Shown here one piece after another: positions 26,108 through 35,519 of a DNA stretch of 64,000 nt; the first letter of the stretch is position 1; each line of letters starts with the position of its first letter. The stretch spans positions 660,290 to 724,289 of the forward strand of contig JADGDS010000001.1 in NCBI GenBank assembly GCA_016744775.1. Reading direction: 5' to 3'. This DNA is from Candidatus Marithrix sp. (GTDB lineage Bacteria; Pseudomonadota; Gammaproteobacteria; Beggiatoales; Beggiatoaceae). The notes below the pieces were generated by a model that saw only the letters and a list, made by a program, of their open reading frames with translations, was not told where the DNA came from and did no database searches. The position numbers were made by a program, and so were the translations under genes.

Positions 26108-27643
26108 ATGAAAAAATTTTTCAACACTGCTGGAGCTTGTGTGCCAGAAAAGCATTATATGCTAACTAACGATGTTAGTAATATGAAAAAATTGATTGAC
26201 AATGAACGTTATTTCATTCTACACGCTCCACGTCAAACTGGTAAAACCACCTTAATGTTGCAATTGATGGAACAAATCAACAAAGAAGATAAATATATTG
26301 CACTATATGTAAATGTAGAAGTAGCACAAGCGTGGCGTAATAATGTTATCGAAGTTAATAATACAATTGTTAATCAGTTCCGTATTCAAACTGAAATATC
26401 TTTACCAAAACAATATCAACCATCAGCGGCTTGTTTTGAAAATATAGGTAATGAATTTTCATTATTCTTAATACGATGGTGTTTAGAACTTTCAAAACCC
26501 TTAATAGTATTTATGGATGAAGTAGATGCACTAATTGGTGATGGCTTAATATCAGTATTACGCCAATTACGTAGCGGCTATACTCAACGCCCACGCGCCT
26601 TTCCTCATGCTTTATGTATGATCGGATTACGAGATATTCGAGATTATAGAATCTATTCCGACTCATCACAGCGTTACATAGTTGGAGGTTCAGCTTTCAA
26701 CATAAAAGAAAAATCAATTCGCCTACAAGATTTTACCTATGAACAAGTAAAAGAATTATACGCACAACACACAGCGGCAACTGGTCAAAATTTTACTCAC
26801 CATGCACTACAAAGAGTTTTTGAACTAACCCAAGGGCAACCGTGGCTAGTAAATGCTTTGGCTAGAGAATTATGTTTTGATGATTATGCAATACCGTGGG
26901 AACAAACAATTACTAAAGAAGACGTAAATAATGCCGCAGAAATTTTAATCAAACGTCGCGATGTACATTTAGATCAACTAGCAGACAAATTGACAGAACC
27001 AAGAGTAGAACGGGTTATTCAATCAATATTAATTGGCGAAGAAGTAGAAAATACCAATCTGAATGAAGATAAACAATACTTAATTGACTTAGGATTAATT
27101 CGTTCCGGAGAACAAGGCTTAGAAATAGCCAATCCAATTTATCGCGAAGTCATTCCAAGAGAATTAACAGCTTACCGTCAAGATATGTTAGGACAAAATC
27201 CTCAATGGTATGTAAAAGAAGACGGAAAACTAGATATTCAGAAAGTATTAGAAGCTTATATAGAATTTTATAAAGAGCATAGCGAACTAGTAACCAAACG
27301 AAAAACCTATACTGAAGCAGCACATCACTTATTATTTATGGCATGGCTACAAAGAATAGTAAATGGAGGCGGCTATATTAGTCGAGAATACGCCGCTGGT
27401 TTAGGGCGAGTAGATTTATGTATTGATTTTGCTGATGAAAGATTTGCTTTTGAATTAAAACTAAGCGGCAAAAAAGCCTTAACAGAAGGAATAAAACAAC
27501 TAATAAACTACTTAGATAGACTAAGCTTAGACAGCGGCTGGTTGATAATTTTTAATCGTAAGACAGTTGAAGACTGGGATAAAGTAGGTGAAAGACAAAT
27601 TGTGGAAGAAAAAGGCAAAAGGATTGAGGTTATTTGGTTATAA
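26108..27643 (+). CDS. AAA+ ATPase with a C-terminal PD-(D/E)XK-type nuclease motif
   Basis: Walker A (HAPRQTGKTT), Walker B (VFMDEVD) and a C-terminal GRVDLCIDF...FAFELKL (D...ExK) motif. Confidence 0.7.
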   Translation: MKKFFNTAGACVPEKHYMLTNDVSNMKKLIDNERYFILHAPRQTGKTTLMLQLMEQINKEDKYIALYVNVEVAQAWRNNVIEVNNTIVNQFRIQTEISLPKQYQPSAACFENIGNEFSLFLIRWCLELSKPLIVFMDEVDALIGDGLISVLRQLRSGYTQRPRAFPHALCMIGLRDIRDYRIYSDSSQRYIVGGSAFNIKEKSIRLQDFTYEQVKELYAQHTAATGQNFTHHALQRVFELTQGQPWLVNALARELCFDDYAIPWEQTITKEDVNNAAEILIKRRDVHLDQLADKLTEPRVERVIQSILIGEEVENTNLNEDKQYLIDLGLIRSGEQGLEIANPIYREVIPRELTAYRQDMLGQNPQWYVKEDGKLDIQKVLEAYIEFYKEHSELVTKRKTYTEAAHHLLFMAWLQRIVNGGGYISREYAAGLGRVDLCIDFADERFAFELKLSGKKALTEGIKQLINYLDRLSLDSGWLIIFNRKTVEDWDKVGERQIVEEKGKRIEVIWL

Positions 27644-27646
27644 GTT

Positions 27647-27680
27647 TGGAGTTCAAAGCGAAGCTTTGCTTTGTACTCCA
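27647..27680. terminator. family-2 hairpin TGGAGTTCAAAGC...GCTTTGTACTCCA
   Basis: Imperfect long hairpin between two convergent genes. Confidence 0.6.
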
Positions 27681-27688
27681 GTTCTCAA

Positions 27689-28612
27689 CTAATATTTAAC
27701 CTGTTGATCTGCATGATAAGACGAACGAACCATTGGACCACTTGCAACATTTTTAAAACCCATTTTTTCCCCTTCAATTCTCAACTGTTCAAATTCTTCT
27801 GGAGTAACATAACGTTGCACCGCTAAATGATGAGGGCTAGGTTGTAAATATTGCCCTAAAGTTAGCATTTCACAATCATGAGCGCGTAAATCTTTCATTA
27901 CCTCTAAAACTTCATCAATTTCTTCACCTAAACCTAACATCAAACCAGACTTAGTCGGAACATCAGGATGTTCAGCCTTAAAACGTTTTAACAATTGCAA
28001 TGACCACTTATAATCAGCACCCGGGCGAGCTTGCTTATATAAACGTGGCACAGTTTCTAAATTATGATTTAAAACATCAGGCGGTGCTTGATGAAATATA
28101 TCCAAAGCAACATCCATACGCCCACGAAAATCAGGAACTAAAATTTCAATTTTAGTATTTGCTGATTGCTCACGTATTGTCTGAATACAGGCGACAAAAT
28201 GTGCAGAACCACCATCGCGCAAATCATCACGATCAACTGAAGTAATCACAACATAATTTAATTTCATATCAGCAATAGTTTTAGCTAAATTATGTGGTTC
28301 CTCAGTATCTAAAGGCTCCGGGCGACCATGTGCAACATCACAAAAAGGACAACGTCGCGTACAAATATCGCCCATAATCATAAAAGTTGCAGTACCACCC
28401 GAAAAACATTCATTTAAATTTGGACAAGCCGCCTCTTCACATACAGTATGTAAATTATTTGCTCGCAACTTCTCTTTTAAACCATTAACAGTATTACCTG
28501 TAGGTACTTTCATACGTATCCATTTAGGCTTACGTAATGGAGTCGTAGTAGGTATAACCTTAATAGGAATACGAGCAGTTTTATCAGCACCACGCTGTTT
28601 AATAGGAGTCAT
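27689..28612 (-). CDS. lipA: lipoyl synthase
   Basis: Radical-SAM cluster CTRRCPFC plus the auxiliary cluster [12 protein letters not shown]. 307 aa. Confidence 0.9.
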   Translation of the reverse strand: MTPIKQRGADKTARIPIKVIPTTTPLRKPKWIRMKVPTGNTVNGLKEKLRANNLHTVCEEAACPNLNECFSGGTATFMIMGDICTRRCPFCDVAHGRPEPLDTEEPHNLAKTIADMKLNYVVITSVDRDDLRDGGSAHFVACIQTIREQSANTKIEILVPDFRGRMDVALDIFHQAPPDVLNHNLETVPRLYKQARPGADYKWSLQLLKRFKAEHPDVPTKSGLMLGLGEEIDEVLEVMKDLRAHDCEMLTLGQYLQPSPHHLAVQRYVTPEEFEQLRIEGEKMGFKNVASGPMVRSSYHADQQVKY

Positions 28613-28614
28613 AA

Positions 28615-28977
28615 TTAAAATTTATTTATAGGTCCTCGATAAATAACCATAGTAGTTCCAACAGATTGTTTTTTATTGTCATAGCCTACTAAACGAATAT
28701 GATCAGTAGGGTGAATACGATGACATGTTTTGGCTTCAGCTAAGATATTATCTACCTTTGACTCACCAAACATTGGTAATTTCCAGAAATACCAATAATG
28801 ACCATCAACATTATTGGGTTCAGTATGTTCAATAGCTGGCACCCAACCTTTATTGATTATATATTTAATCTGTAACTCTATATGCTCATCACTCATTTCA
28901 GGTAAATATGAAAAAATTTCAAATTTTCTACTATTTGGATCATTTAAACCTGAATGATAATCTTGCATTGCATTCAT
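28615..28977 (-). CDS. cbbS: RuBisCO small subunit
   Basis: [22 protein letters not shown]...GWVPAIEH...[11 protein letters not shown] matches form IA CbbS. The start was moved to the internal Met; the track start is 28998. Confidence 0.85.
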   Translation of the reverse strand: MNAMQDYHSGLNDPNSRKFEIFSYLPEMSDEHIELQIKYIINKGWVPAIEHTEPNNVDGHYWYFWKLPMFGESKVDNILAEAKTCHRIHPTDHIRLVGYDNKKQSVGTTMVIYRGPINKF

Positions 28978-28984
28978 ATTATTT

Positions 28985-30367
28985 TTACTCAAATTCATGC
29001 CATGTTTTCATAGCAATTTTAAGTTCAGGGCTATGTTGAGCAGCATCCCTTAAAATATCCTTGCTTTGTTCTTCTAAATTAATGCCTTGATTGCGTGCAT
29101 CTGTACAAGCTTCAAGGGCAATGCGATTAGCAGCAGCTCCTGCTGCGTTACCCCAAGGATGCCCAAGCGTAGCTCCACCAAATAAAAATACAGCATCATC
29201 ACCAAAAATTGACACCAGTGCTGGCATATGCCAAACATGAATACCACCCGATGCAACAGGAAATATCCCCGGTGTTAATCCCCAATCCTGATCAAACATT
29301 ATGCCATGATCAGGATTTTCCTTTACATATGATTCACGTAATATATCAATGCAACCTAAAGTAGAATTGCGTTCAGATTCTAATCTTTCAACAACTGTAC
29401 CAGTATGTAAATGATCACCGCCCGATAAACGTAATATCTTACTTAATACGCGAGAATGCACACCATGAAATGGATGGCGATCAATAACCGCGTGCATAGT
29501 ACGTTGAATATGTAACAACATACCATTCTCACGACACCAATTAGCCAATCCTGTATTGGCACAAATACCACCAATAATATAATCATGCATAATAATAGGC
29601 GCACCTAATTCTTTAGCAAACTCAGCGCGTTTATACATTTCTTCAGGAGTAGCAGCGGTTACATTTAACAAATGACCTTTACGTTCACCAGTTTCAGCCT
29701 CAGCTTTTTTTACAGCCTCCATTACAAATTCAAAACGATCTCGCCAACGTATAATAGCTTGAGAATGCACACTTTCATCATCTTTAGTAAAATCTAAACC
29801 GCCTCGTAAACACTCATAAACGGCACGACCATAATTTTTAGCTGATAAACCTAATTTAGGTTTAATTGGACTACCAAGTAGGCTACGACCATACTTATTT
29901 AATTTATCGCGTTCTACCAACATACCATTAGGTGGACCACCGCAAGTCATGACATAAGATATTGGAAATCTTATATCTTCTAAACGTAATGCCCTTAATA
30001 TATTAAGGTTAAACACACTTCCTAATAATGAAGTAAAAACATTTACAATAGAACCTTCCTCAAATAAATCAATTGGATATGCAATATAAGCATAAAAAAT
30101 ATTTTCATAACCCGGTATATCTTTTATATGGTAGGCACGAGCTTTATAACGTTCTAAATCAATAAATAAATCAGTCCATACATGAGTCCAAGTACCAGTG
30201 GAAGATTCTGCTGCTACAGTAGCCGCTGCTTCTTCATAGCATACAGGATTTTTTGTGGTAATTTTAAAACATGCCAGAAAATCTGTTTCTTTTGGCGTAT
30301 AATCTGGTTCCCAATAAGTATTGCGATATTGTTGTACACCAGCTTGATAACTTTTACTTGACACCAA
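28985..30367 (-). CDS. cbbL: form I RuBisCO large subunit with atypical active-site residues and a short C-terminus
   Basis: Strong form IA similarity ([70 protein letters not shown]). The start is TTG 30367 or GTG 30364, after AAGGAGAG. Confidence 0.85.
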   Translation of the reverse strand: MVSSKSYQAGVQQYRNTYWEPDYTPKETDFLACFKITTKNPVCYEEAAATVAAESSTGTWTHVWTDLFIDLERYKARAYHIKDIPGYENIFYAYIAYPIDLFEEGSIVNVFTSLLGSVFNLNILRALRLEDIRFPISYVMTCGGPPNGMLVERDKLNKYGRSLLGSPIKPKLGLSAKNYGRAVYECLRGGLDFTKDDESVHSQAIIRWRDRFEFVMEAVKKAEAETGERKGHLLNVTAATPEEMYKRAEFAKELGAPIIMHDYIIGGICANTGLANWCRENGMLLHIQRTMHAVIDRHPFHGVHSRVLSKILRLSGGDHLHTGTVVERLESERNSTLGCIDILRESYVKENPDHGIMFDQDWGLTPGIFPVASGGIHVWHMPALVSIFGDDAVFLFGGATLGHPWGNAAGAAANRIALEACTDARNQGINLEEQSKDILRDAAQHSPELKIAMKTWHEFE

Positions 30368-30403
30368 TCTCTCCTTATTTTATAACTAATAACAGGTTTT
30401 ACT

Positions 30404-31330
30404 ATGCACATGACTTTACGTCAATTAACTTTATTTAAAGCGGTAGCACAACATTTAAGTTTCACTCGCGCCGCTGCTGAATTATGTTTAACTCAACCCG
30501 CTGTTTCAATACAAATCAAACAGTTAGAAGGTCATATGGGTATGCCTTTATTTGAACAAATAGGCAAACGCATATTTTTAACTGATGCAGGGCGTGAATT
30601 ATACGCTGCTAGCGATGATATTTTTAATCGTATTGAAAATTTGCAAACATCTCTTAATGAATTACAGGGTTCAATTAAAGGGCAATTAAAATTATCTGTA
30701 GTAACAACAGCGACATATTTTATACCATCTATATTTAAAAGTTTTTTAAAACAGTATCCAGAAGTTAGTCTTCGCCTCACAGTTAGAAATAGAAATAATG
30801 TTTTAGAACGGCTAACGAATAATAAAGAAGATTTAGTGATAATGGGGCAAGTGCCTGAACAATTGCATGTTACAGCTAAACCTTTTTTAGACAATCCCTT
30901 AGTTGTATTAGCACCACCACAACATGCTCTTATAAATAAATCTAATATACCATTAGAAAGATTAGCAAAAGAGACTATGTTAGTTCGAGAAGTAGGATCT
31001 GGAACACGTCTAGCGATGGAACGTTGTTTTGCCTCACATAATTTAGAATTAGCACAAACAATGGAATTAGGCAGTAGTGAGGCAATTAAACAAGGTGTGA
31101 TAGCAGGCTTAGGAATTTCTGTATTATCAAAACATGCCGCTAATTTAGAATTAGCAAGCGGAATGATAAAATTATTAGATGTAGAAGATTTTCCTTTGGA
31201 ACGTAATTGGTATGTAGCACATTTAGCAGATAAAGAAATGTCTTTAGTAGCCCGTACTTTCTTAGAATTTTTATTAAAAAGCGGTTCAGAAGTAGTCAAA
31301 GAAGTTTCAAAACAATTTAATAAAAGCTAA
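30404..31330 (+). CDS. cbbR: LysR-family regulator, divergent from cbbL
   Basis: N-terminal wHTH (LRQLTLFKAVAQHLSFTRAAAELCLTQPAVSIQIKQLE) plus a LysR substrate-binding domain, in the classical divergent position. Confidence 0.85.
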   Translation: MHMTLRQLTLFKAVAQHLSFTRAAAELCLTQPAVSIQIKQLEGHMGMPLFEQIGKRIFLTDAGRELYAASDDIFNRIENLQTSLNELQGSIKGQLKLSVVTTATYFIPSIFKSFLKQYPEVSLRLTVRNRNNVLERLTNNKEDLVIMGQVPEQLHVTAKPFLDNPLVVLAPPQHALINKSNIPLERLAKETMLVREVGSGTRLAMERCFASHNLELAQTMELGSSEAIKQGVIAGLGISVLSKHAANLELASGMIKLLDVEDFPLERNWYVAHLADKEMSLVARTFLEFLLKSGSEVVKEVSKQFNKS

Positions 31331-31332
31331 AA

Positions 31333-31354
31333 AAAATCCCCTTATGGGGATTTT
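31333..31354 (+). terminator. AAAATCCCCTTATGGGGATTTT hairpin
   Basis: Perfect stem flanked by A-run and T-run, directly after the cbbR stop. Confidence 0.7.
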
Positions 31355-31367
31355 CCCTTCATTAATT

Positions 31368-32033
31368 ATGATTTTATTCAATCAAGGCAATTCGCTACAA
31401 ATTCGTCAAATTCAACCAAAAGATGCTTCAATATTAACTGAAGCTTATAAAAACCCTGAATTCATGCGCCTTTACGGCACCACTATCACACCGCTAACCG
31501 AAGAACAATTATACGAACGTCAAAATTACAGCATCGAAGACTTAGGCTTTATAGAATATTTAATAATACACAAACAACATGGAGCAATTGGCATAGCAAT
31601 ATTAACTGAATATGCCGCTATTCATAAACGCGCCCAATTCATGATAGGTTTATTTGAAACAGAACACCGTTCAATTGGCTATGGCACCGAAGCGACATTA
31701 TTAGTACTAGATTTAGCATTTAACGCCTATGGTTTACACAAGATTTTTTCATATGTTTATGCTTACAATGAATTTTCTCATAAAAATATGCTGAAATTTG
31801 GTTTTGAACATGAAGGAATATTAAAAGATCATCATTTCCTAATAGAAGAAGAAAAATTTATAAATCTATATGTAAATGCTATGACAGAAACAAGATTTAG
31901 AAACTATGAAAAAATTAGCCGCTATTCTCGACGACTAATTGGACGAGATGTTACTCAAAAACCAATCAAACTAAGCCCAAAAAAAATATCATCAAACAAT
32001 CATAAAAATTTTCTTAATAGTTTATATTATTAA
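31368..32033 (+). CDS. GNAT-family N-acetyltransferase with a basic C-terminal tail (paralogue 1)
   Basis: RimJ/L-like GNAT core (IGYGTEATLLVLDLAFN..LHKIFSYVYAYNE...FGFEHEG). Paralogous to 34804-35514. The start was moved past the terminator; the track start is 31344. Confidence 0.7.
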   Translation: MILFNQGNSLQIRQIQPKDASILTEAYKNPEFMRLYGTTITPLTEEQLYERQNYSIEDLGFIEYLIIHKQHGAIGIAILTEYAAIHKRAQFMIGLFETEHRSIGYGTEATLLVLDLAFNAYGLHKIFSYVYAYNEFSHKNMLKFGFEHEGILKDHHFLIEEEKFINLYVNAMTETRFRNYEKISRYSRRLIGRDVTQKPIKLSPKKISSNNHKNFLNSLYY

Positions 32034-32100
32034 AATAATAAAAAACTAGAAATTTTAAAAAATATGTATTAATATATATACTGAAGTCAATGAAACATAT

Positions 32101-32910
32101 ATGAGGGTAAAAAAAATGGGAAGTCAAATGAAGAAAAAAACCATACAAAATGCCGTAGCTAGCACATTTCTGATAGCTACAAGTCCAGCTTGGGCAAAAG
32201 GCAGTGGTGCTGGTACCTCTGAAGGCGGCAAAAGCCAATTAGGTGTAAATCAATTGTCTTTAGAAGAATTTCCGGGGCGCAATGCGACAGTTTGTACAGA
32301 TCCAAATGATAATGCAGGTAAAGGTGGAGCCAATGCTATACCTAATGATCTTGACATTGCTGTTGATCCTTTTAAAGATAATTACATAGGTGTGGAATTT
32401 GTAGTACGAGATATTATAGCGCATAATACAGATTACATATTGTATCTAGTATATAGTCCTCAATTATCACCTACTCCGCAAATGCCTACTCCTAAATCAA
32501 CAAATAAATTAGGTGTTGATCTTTCTGGTTTAGAAATAGTGGCAATTATGGATATTCCAGCTCAAACACTCCTAGCTCAAGGCTCTACTCGTTTAGGGGC
32601 TGCTGATCCAAGACCCCATAGCGCAGTAAGTTTCTCCTTTAACTTCGATACAAGCACTTTACCCGGGTTTGTACGCGATAATGCAAAAGTCTATTTCCAA
32701 GCTGCCTTAATAAGTAAAAGCAATTTTAATGCTGGAAGATTTAGTGAAATGATTTTATCTGAAGTTGATACTGTCGGATTTGTGGCTAATAATTGTGCTG
32801 CTGGTAGTAACAGTATAAATGCTGGTGATGATGATGGACTATCTAAATCTGGTAGTATAGTACCTGATAATGTTCAAGTTCAGCCGGGTAGTGGTACTGG
32901 TGGCAAATAG
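32101..32910 (+). CDS. secreted protein of unknown family (X1), homologous to 35520-36548
   Basis: Signal peptide (MKKKTIQNAVASTFLIATSPAWA; the start is probably 32128). It shares the block FNFDTSTL...YFQAALISKSNFNAGRFSEMILSEVDTVGFVANNC with X2. Confidence 0.6.
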   Translation: MRVKKMGSQMKKKTIQNAVASTFLIATSPAWAKGSGAGTSEGGKSQLGVNQLSLEEFPGRNATVCTDPNDNAGKGGANAIPNDLDIAVDPFKDNYIGVEFVVRDIIAHNTDYILYLVYSPQLSPTPQMPTPKSTNKLGVDLSGLEIVAIMDIPAQTLLAQGSTRLGAADPRPHSAVSFSFNFDTSTLPGFVRDNAKVYFQAALISKSNFNAGRFSEMILSEVDTVGFVANNCAAGSNSINAGDDDGLSKSGSIVPDNVQVQPGSGTGGK

Positions 32911-32945
32911 AATAACTTGCAAACCACATTAGTTTGAATAAGTCA

Positions 32946-32978
32946 AGACCTGTCAGGTTTTAAAAACCTGACAGGTCT
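32946..32978. terminator. family-1 palindrome AGACCTGTCAGGTTTT-A-AAAACCTGACAGGTCT
   Basis: Perfect arms, in inverted orientation relative to the copy at 13660. Confidence 0.7.
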
Positions 32979-33010
32979 GATAATATCATTAATCCTCTTA
33001 AGGAAGTAAC

Positions 33011-34738
33011 ATGTACAAAAAATTCCTAACTTTATTTATCCTATTAATATTCACGTCACCGATATACGCTATTCCAACCATCAACCTTGATAAACCCACT
33101 GCTAGTTGCAGCCAAGCGGATAATCATTTCATTTTAACTGGTACTGCAACCGGAGTTGGTGGTGGTCAAGGTATTGATATAATATTAGTTTTAGATGATT
33201 CTGGTAGTTTAGGTCATACTGATCCTGCTGCTACACGTTTTAATGCTCTTACAGAACTATTAAATAGTTTTGGTCCAGATGCTAATTTGAGATTAGGTTT
33301 AGCATTTTTTACATCAACTGCTACATTAAATGTACCTTTAGCTAAATTAGATACTGTTATACCAGCAATTAATCAAGAAATACTAGATCATCAAAAGCCC
33401 GGTGGTGGTACAGCAATTGGTGAAGGCATTAGAATAGCTGATGCAGAACTAAAAGCTAATGGTCGTGCTGGTGCTACACATGTGATAATGGTATTTACTG
33501 ATGGTATGGATGGAGGTTCAGATCCAATTGGAGCTGCTACAACGGCTTCTGCTCATGCTATCGTTAATGTTGTTGGCTTAGGTCCAGAAGCATTTAATCT
33601 ACCTGAAAACCAAGCGATTGCAGATGCAGGTAAAGGCACACTAATGCCTGCAACTGATCCCCAAAAATTAGCTGCATTATTCCGAGATGCTAGACAAGTT
33701 GGTATTCAAAGTGTTGAAGTTAAAAACCTAACAACTAATACTCCAGCTAATATTACAATGAGTACCGGTATTTTTACCGCACCAATTGATTTAGTAGAAG
33801 GTCAAAATACTATAGAAATTACTGCGGTTGATACTGATAATCAAAGTGAATCCACTTCAATTGACATTGAAAGAATCACAGAAGGTTGTGGAACTTGCCC
33901 CGGTAGCCCTTGTCTTGATAAAAAAGAACCTACTGTTGAAAAAGGACAATGTTCTGGTCGTAAAATCAGAACACGCCCACAAGTAGTTATGGCTGGTTTT
34001 GATCCACCAGTAATTGGTAAAAATACCAAAACCTTTAATGTCATAGCAACAGTACGTGAAGGTAGTAATCCTATTGCTAATGTTACCGTTGATCCGATTC
34101 AATCTAACGGCATGAATTCATTAGGTTTAGGTTGGCCAATGAGAAAAGTTGGCAAATGGGAAAATGGAGATCAAGTATGGATAATTAGCCTAGAAAGCAA
34201 TATTCTACCTAATGATGTACCTATAGCCAATTTGTTTGGTACCAAGGCTGGTCAATATGTAATTACCATAGCCGATAATGCTCGTAATCACCATTCATTT
34301 CCAAATTTAGAATTTGGTAATAATGCTGAAATGCCACTAAACGATAACTTAGATAAAACATCAGCAATTTACACCGCAAAAGGACCAACAGCTCCAATAC
34401 CAATGGTATTAGCCGCAGGTTTTGATCCAACACTAGTAGATTTTGGTGATAATTGTTATAAAGTAAAAGCTATGATTCGTCCCGGTGCTGCCGCTATCAA
34501 ATCAGTAACATGGCAACAAAATAATGGTGAACGTTCTTTCCCATTAACAGAAGAACAAGATCTCAGTAATGGTGATAAATTATATACATATATAAGAACC
34601 TTTCCACGAGGAAGCTTATCAACTCAAGTATTAACCAACTTATTTGGTTCAGGAAAGATACAATCAGTGATTGAAGTTATTGATGCTAATAATAATTCAT
34701 ATCAATTTCCAGTGCTTATGAGAAGTAGTAAATTTTAA
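33011..34738 (+). CDS. secreted von Willebrand factor A domain protein with two C-terminal Ig-like repeats
   Basis: Signal peptide, MIDAS motif (LDDSGSLG ... T ... FTDG), and two homologous ~115-aa repeats beginning MAGFDPPVIG / LAAGFDPTLVD. Confidence 0.8.
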   Translation: MYKKFLTLFILLIFTSPIYAIPTINLDKPTASCSQADNHFILTGTATGVGGGQGIDIILVLDDSGSLGHTDPAATRFNALTELLNSFGPDANLRLGLAFFTSTATLNVPLAKLDTVIPAINQEILDHQKPGGGTAIGEGIRIADAELKANGRAGATHVIMVFTDGMDGGSDPIGAATTASAHAIVNVVGLGPEAFNLPENQAIADAGKGTLMPATDPQKLAALFRDARQVGIQSVEVKNLTTNTPANITMSTGIFTAPIDLVEGQNTIEITAVDTDNQSESTSIDIERITEGCGTCPGSPCLDKKEPTVEKGQCSGRKIRTRPQVVMAGFDPPVIGKNTKTFNVIATVREGSNPIANVTVDPIQSNGMNSLGLGWPMRKVGKWENGDQVWIISLESNILPNDVPIANLFGTKAGQYVITIADNARNHHSFPNLEFGNNAEMPLNDNLDKTSAIYTAKGPTAPIPMVLAAGFDPTLVDFGDNCYKVKAMIRPGAAAIKSVTWQQNNGERSFPLTEEQDLSNGDKLYTYIRTFPRGSLSTQVLTNLFGSGKIQSVIEVIDANNNSYQFPVLMRSSKF

Positions 34739-34744
34739 TAATTA

Positions 34745-34782
34745 AATCCCCCCTAACCCCCCTTTTTCAAAGGGGGGATTTC
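34745..34782. terminator. family-3 poly-C/G hairpin
   Basis: AATCCCCCCTAACCCCCCTTTTTTCAAAGGGGGGATT, directly after the vWA gene stop. Confidence 0.65.
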
Positions 34783-34803
34783 AACAAAGAGTAAAAAAAC
34801 CCC

Positions 34804-35514
34804 ATGATTATCTCCAACCAAGGAAAATCATTACACCTACGTCAAACCGAAGCCAAAGACGCTCCAATCTTATTAAAAGCCTACGACGATGAATCCTTTA
34901 TCCGCCTCTATCGTTCTAACAATGTCACTCCAAAACCAGAACAACTAGTTGAAGGTTTAAAAAAACGAACTGAACTTCATCCAACTCAATTGGGTTATTT
35001 AGAATTTATGATAGAGCATAAGGAACATGGTGCTATTGGTGTCGCAGCATTTGGTGATTATGCGCCCTATCATAAACGAGCAGAATTTCTAATTGGTTTA
35101 TTTCAAGAAAAAAATCATTCAGTAGGTTATGGTACTGAAGCCACACTTTTAATGCTTGATTTAGCCTTTAACGTCTATAATTTAAATAAGATTTATACAT
35201 ATGTATATGAATATAATGAATCTTCAGAAGATCAAACGGTTAAATTTGGTTTTAAAAAGGAAGGTTATTTAGAATCTCATCATTATTCAACACGCGAAAA
35301 AGGCTTTGTTGATTTATATATCAATGGTTTAACACTAGCAAACTTTCGCAAACATGAAAAACTTCGTCGCTTTTCTAAACGGTTAATAGGGCGAGATATT
35401 ACTCAAGCTCCTAGGCAAATAAATGTAAATGAAGATGTTTCTCCTGTAGAGAATGAAGAACAAATGAAAAAACGTTTTTTAGAAGGCATACGATCAATGG
35501 CAACACAAGGATAA
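34804..35514 (+). CDS. GNAT-family N-acetyltransferase with a basic C-terminal tail (paralogue 2)
   Basis: Collinear with 31368-32033 (e.g. VGYGTEATLLMLDLAFNVYNLNKIYTYVYEYNE; RFSKRLIGRDITQAP vs RYSRRLIGRDVTQKP). Confidence 0.75.
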   Translation: MIISNQGKSLHLRQTEAKDAPILLKAYDDESFIRLYRSNNVTPKPEQLVEGLKKRTELHPTQLGYLEFMIEHKEHGAIGVAAFGDYAPYHKRAEFLIGLFQEKNHSVGYGTEATLLMLDLAFNVYNLNKIYTYVYEYNESSEDQTVKFGFKKEGYLESHHYSTREKGFVDLYINGLTLANFRKHEKLRRFSKRLIGRDITQAPRQINVNEDVSPVENEEQMKKRFLEGIRSMATQG

Positions 35515-35519
35515 TTACA

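Noticed and set aside
28985-30367. The possibility that the atypical large subunit is a form IV RuBisCO-like protein, or form II/III
   Set aside because: It retains the form I signature blocks and the KPK/KDDE residues. It is also followed by a bona fide small-subunit gene and preceded by cbbR. It is best described as a divergent form I enzyme.
30532-31299. 255-aa ORF antisense to cbbR, surprisingly long for an AT-rich genome
   Set aside because: The sense frame has unambiguous LysR-family features. The antisense translation is Ser/Cys/Asn/Lys-rich with no recognisable motif, RBS or start context. The lack of stops follows from the sense sequence: in this stretch no codon ending in T is followed by a TAN or CAN codon, and none ending in C by a TAN codon. 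I treat it as a shadow ORF.
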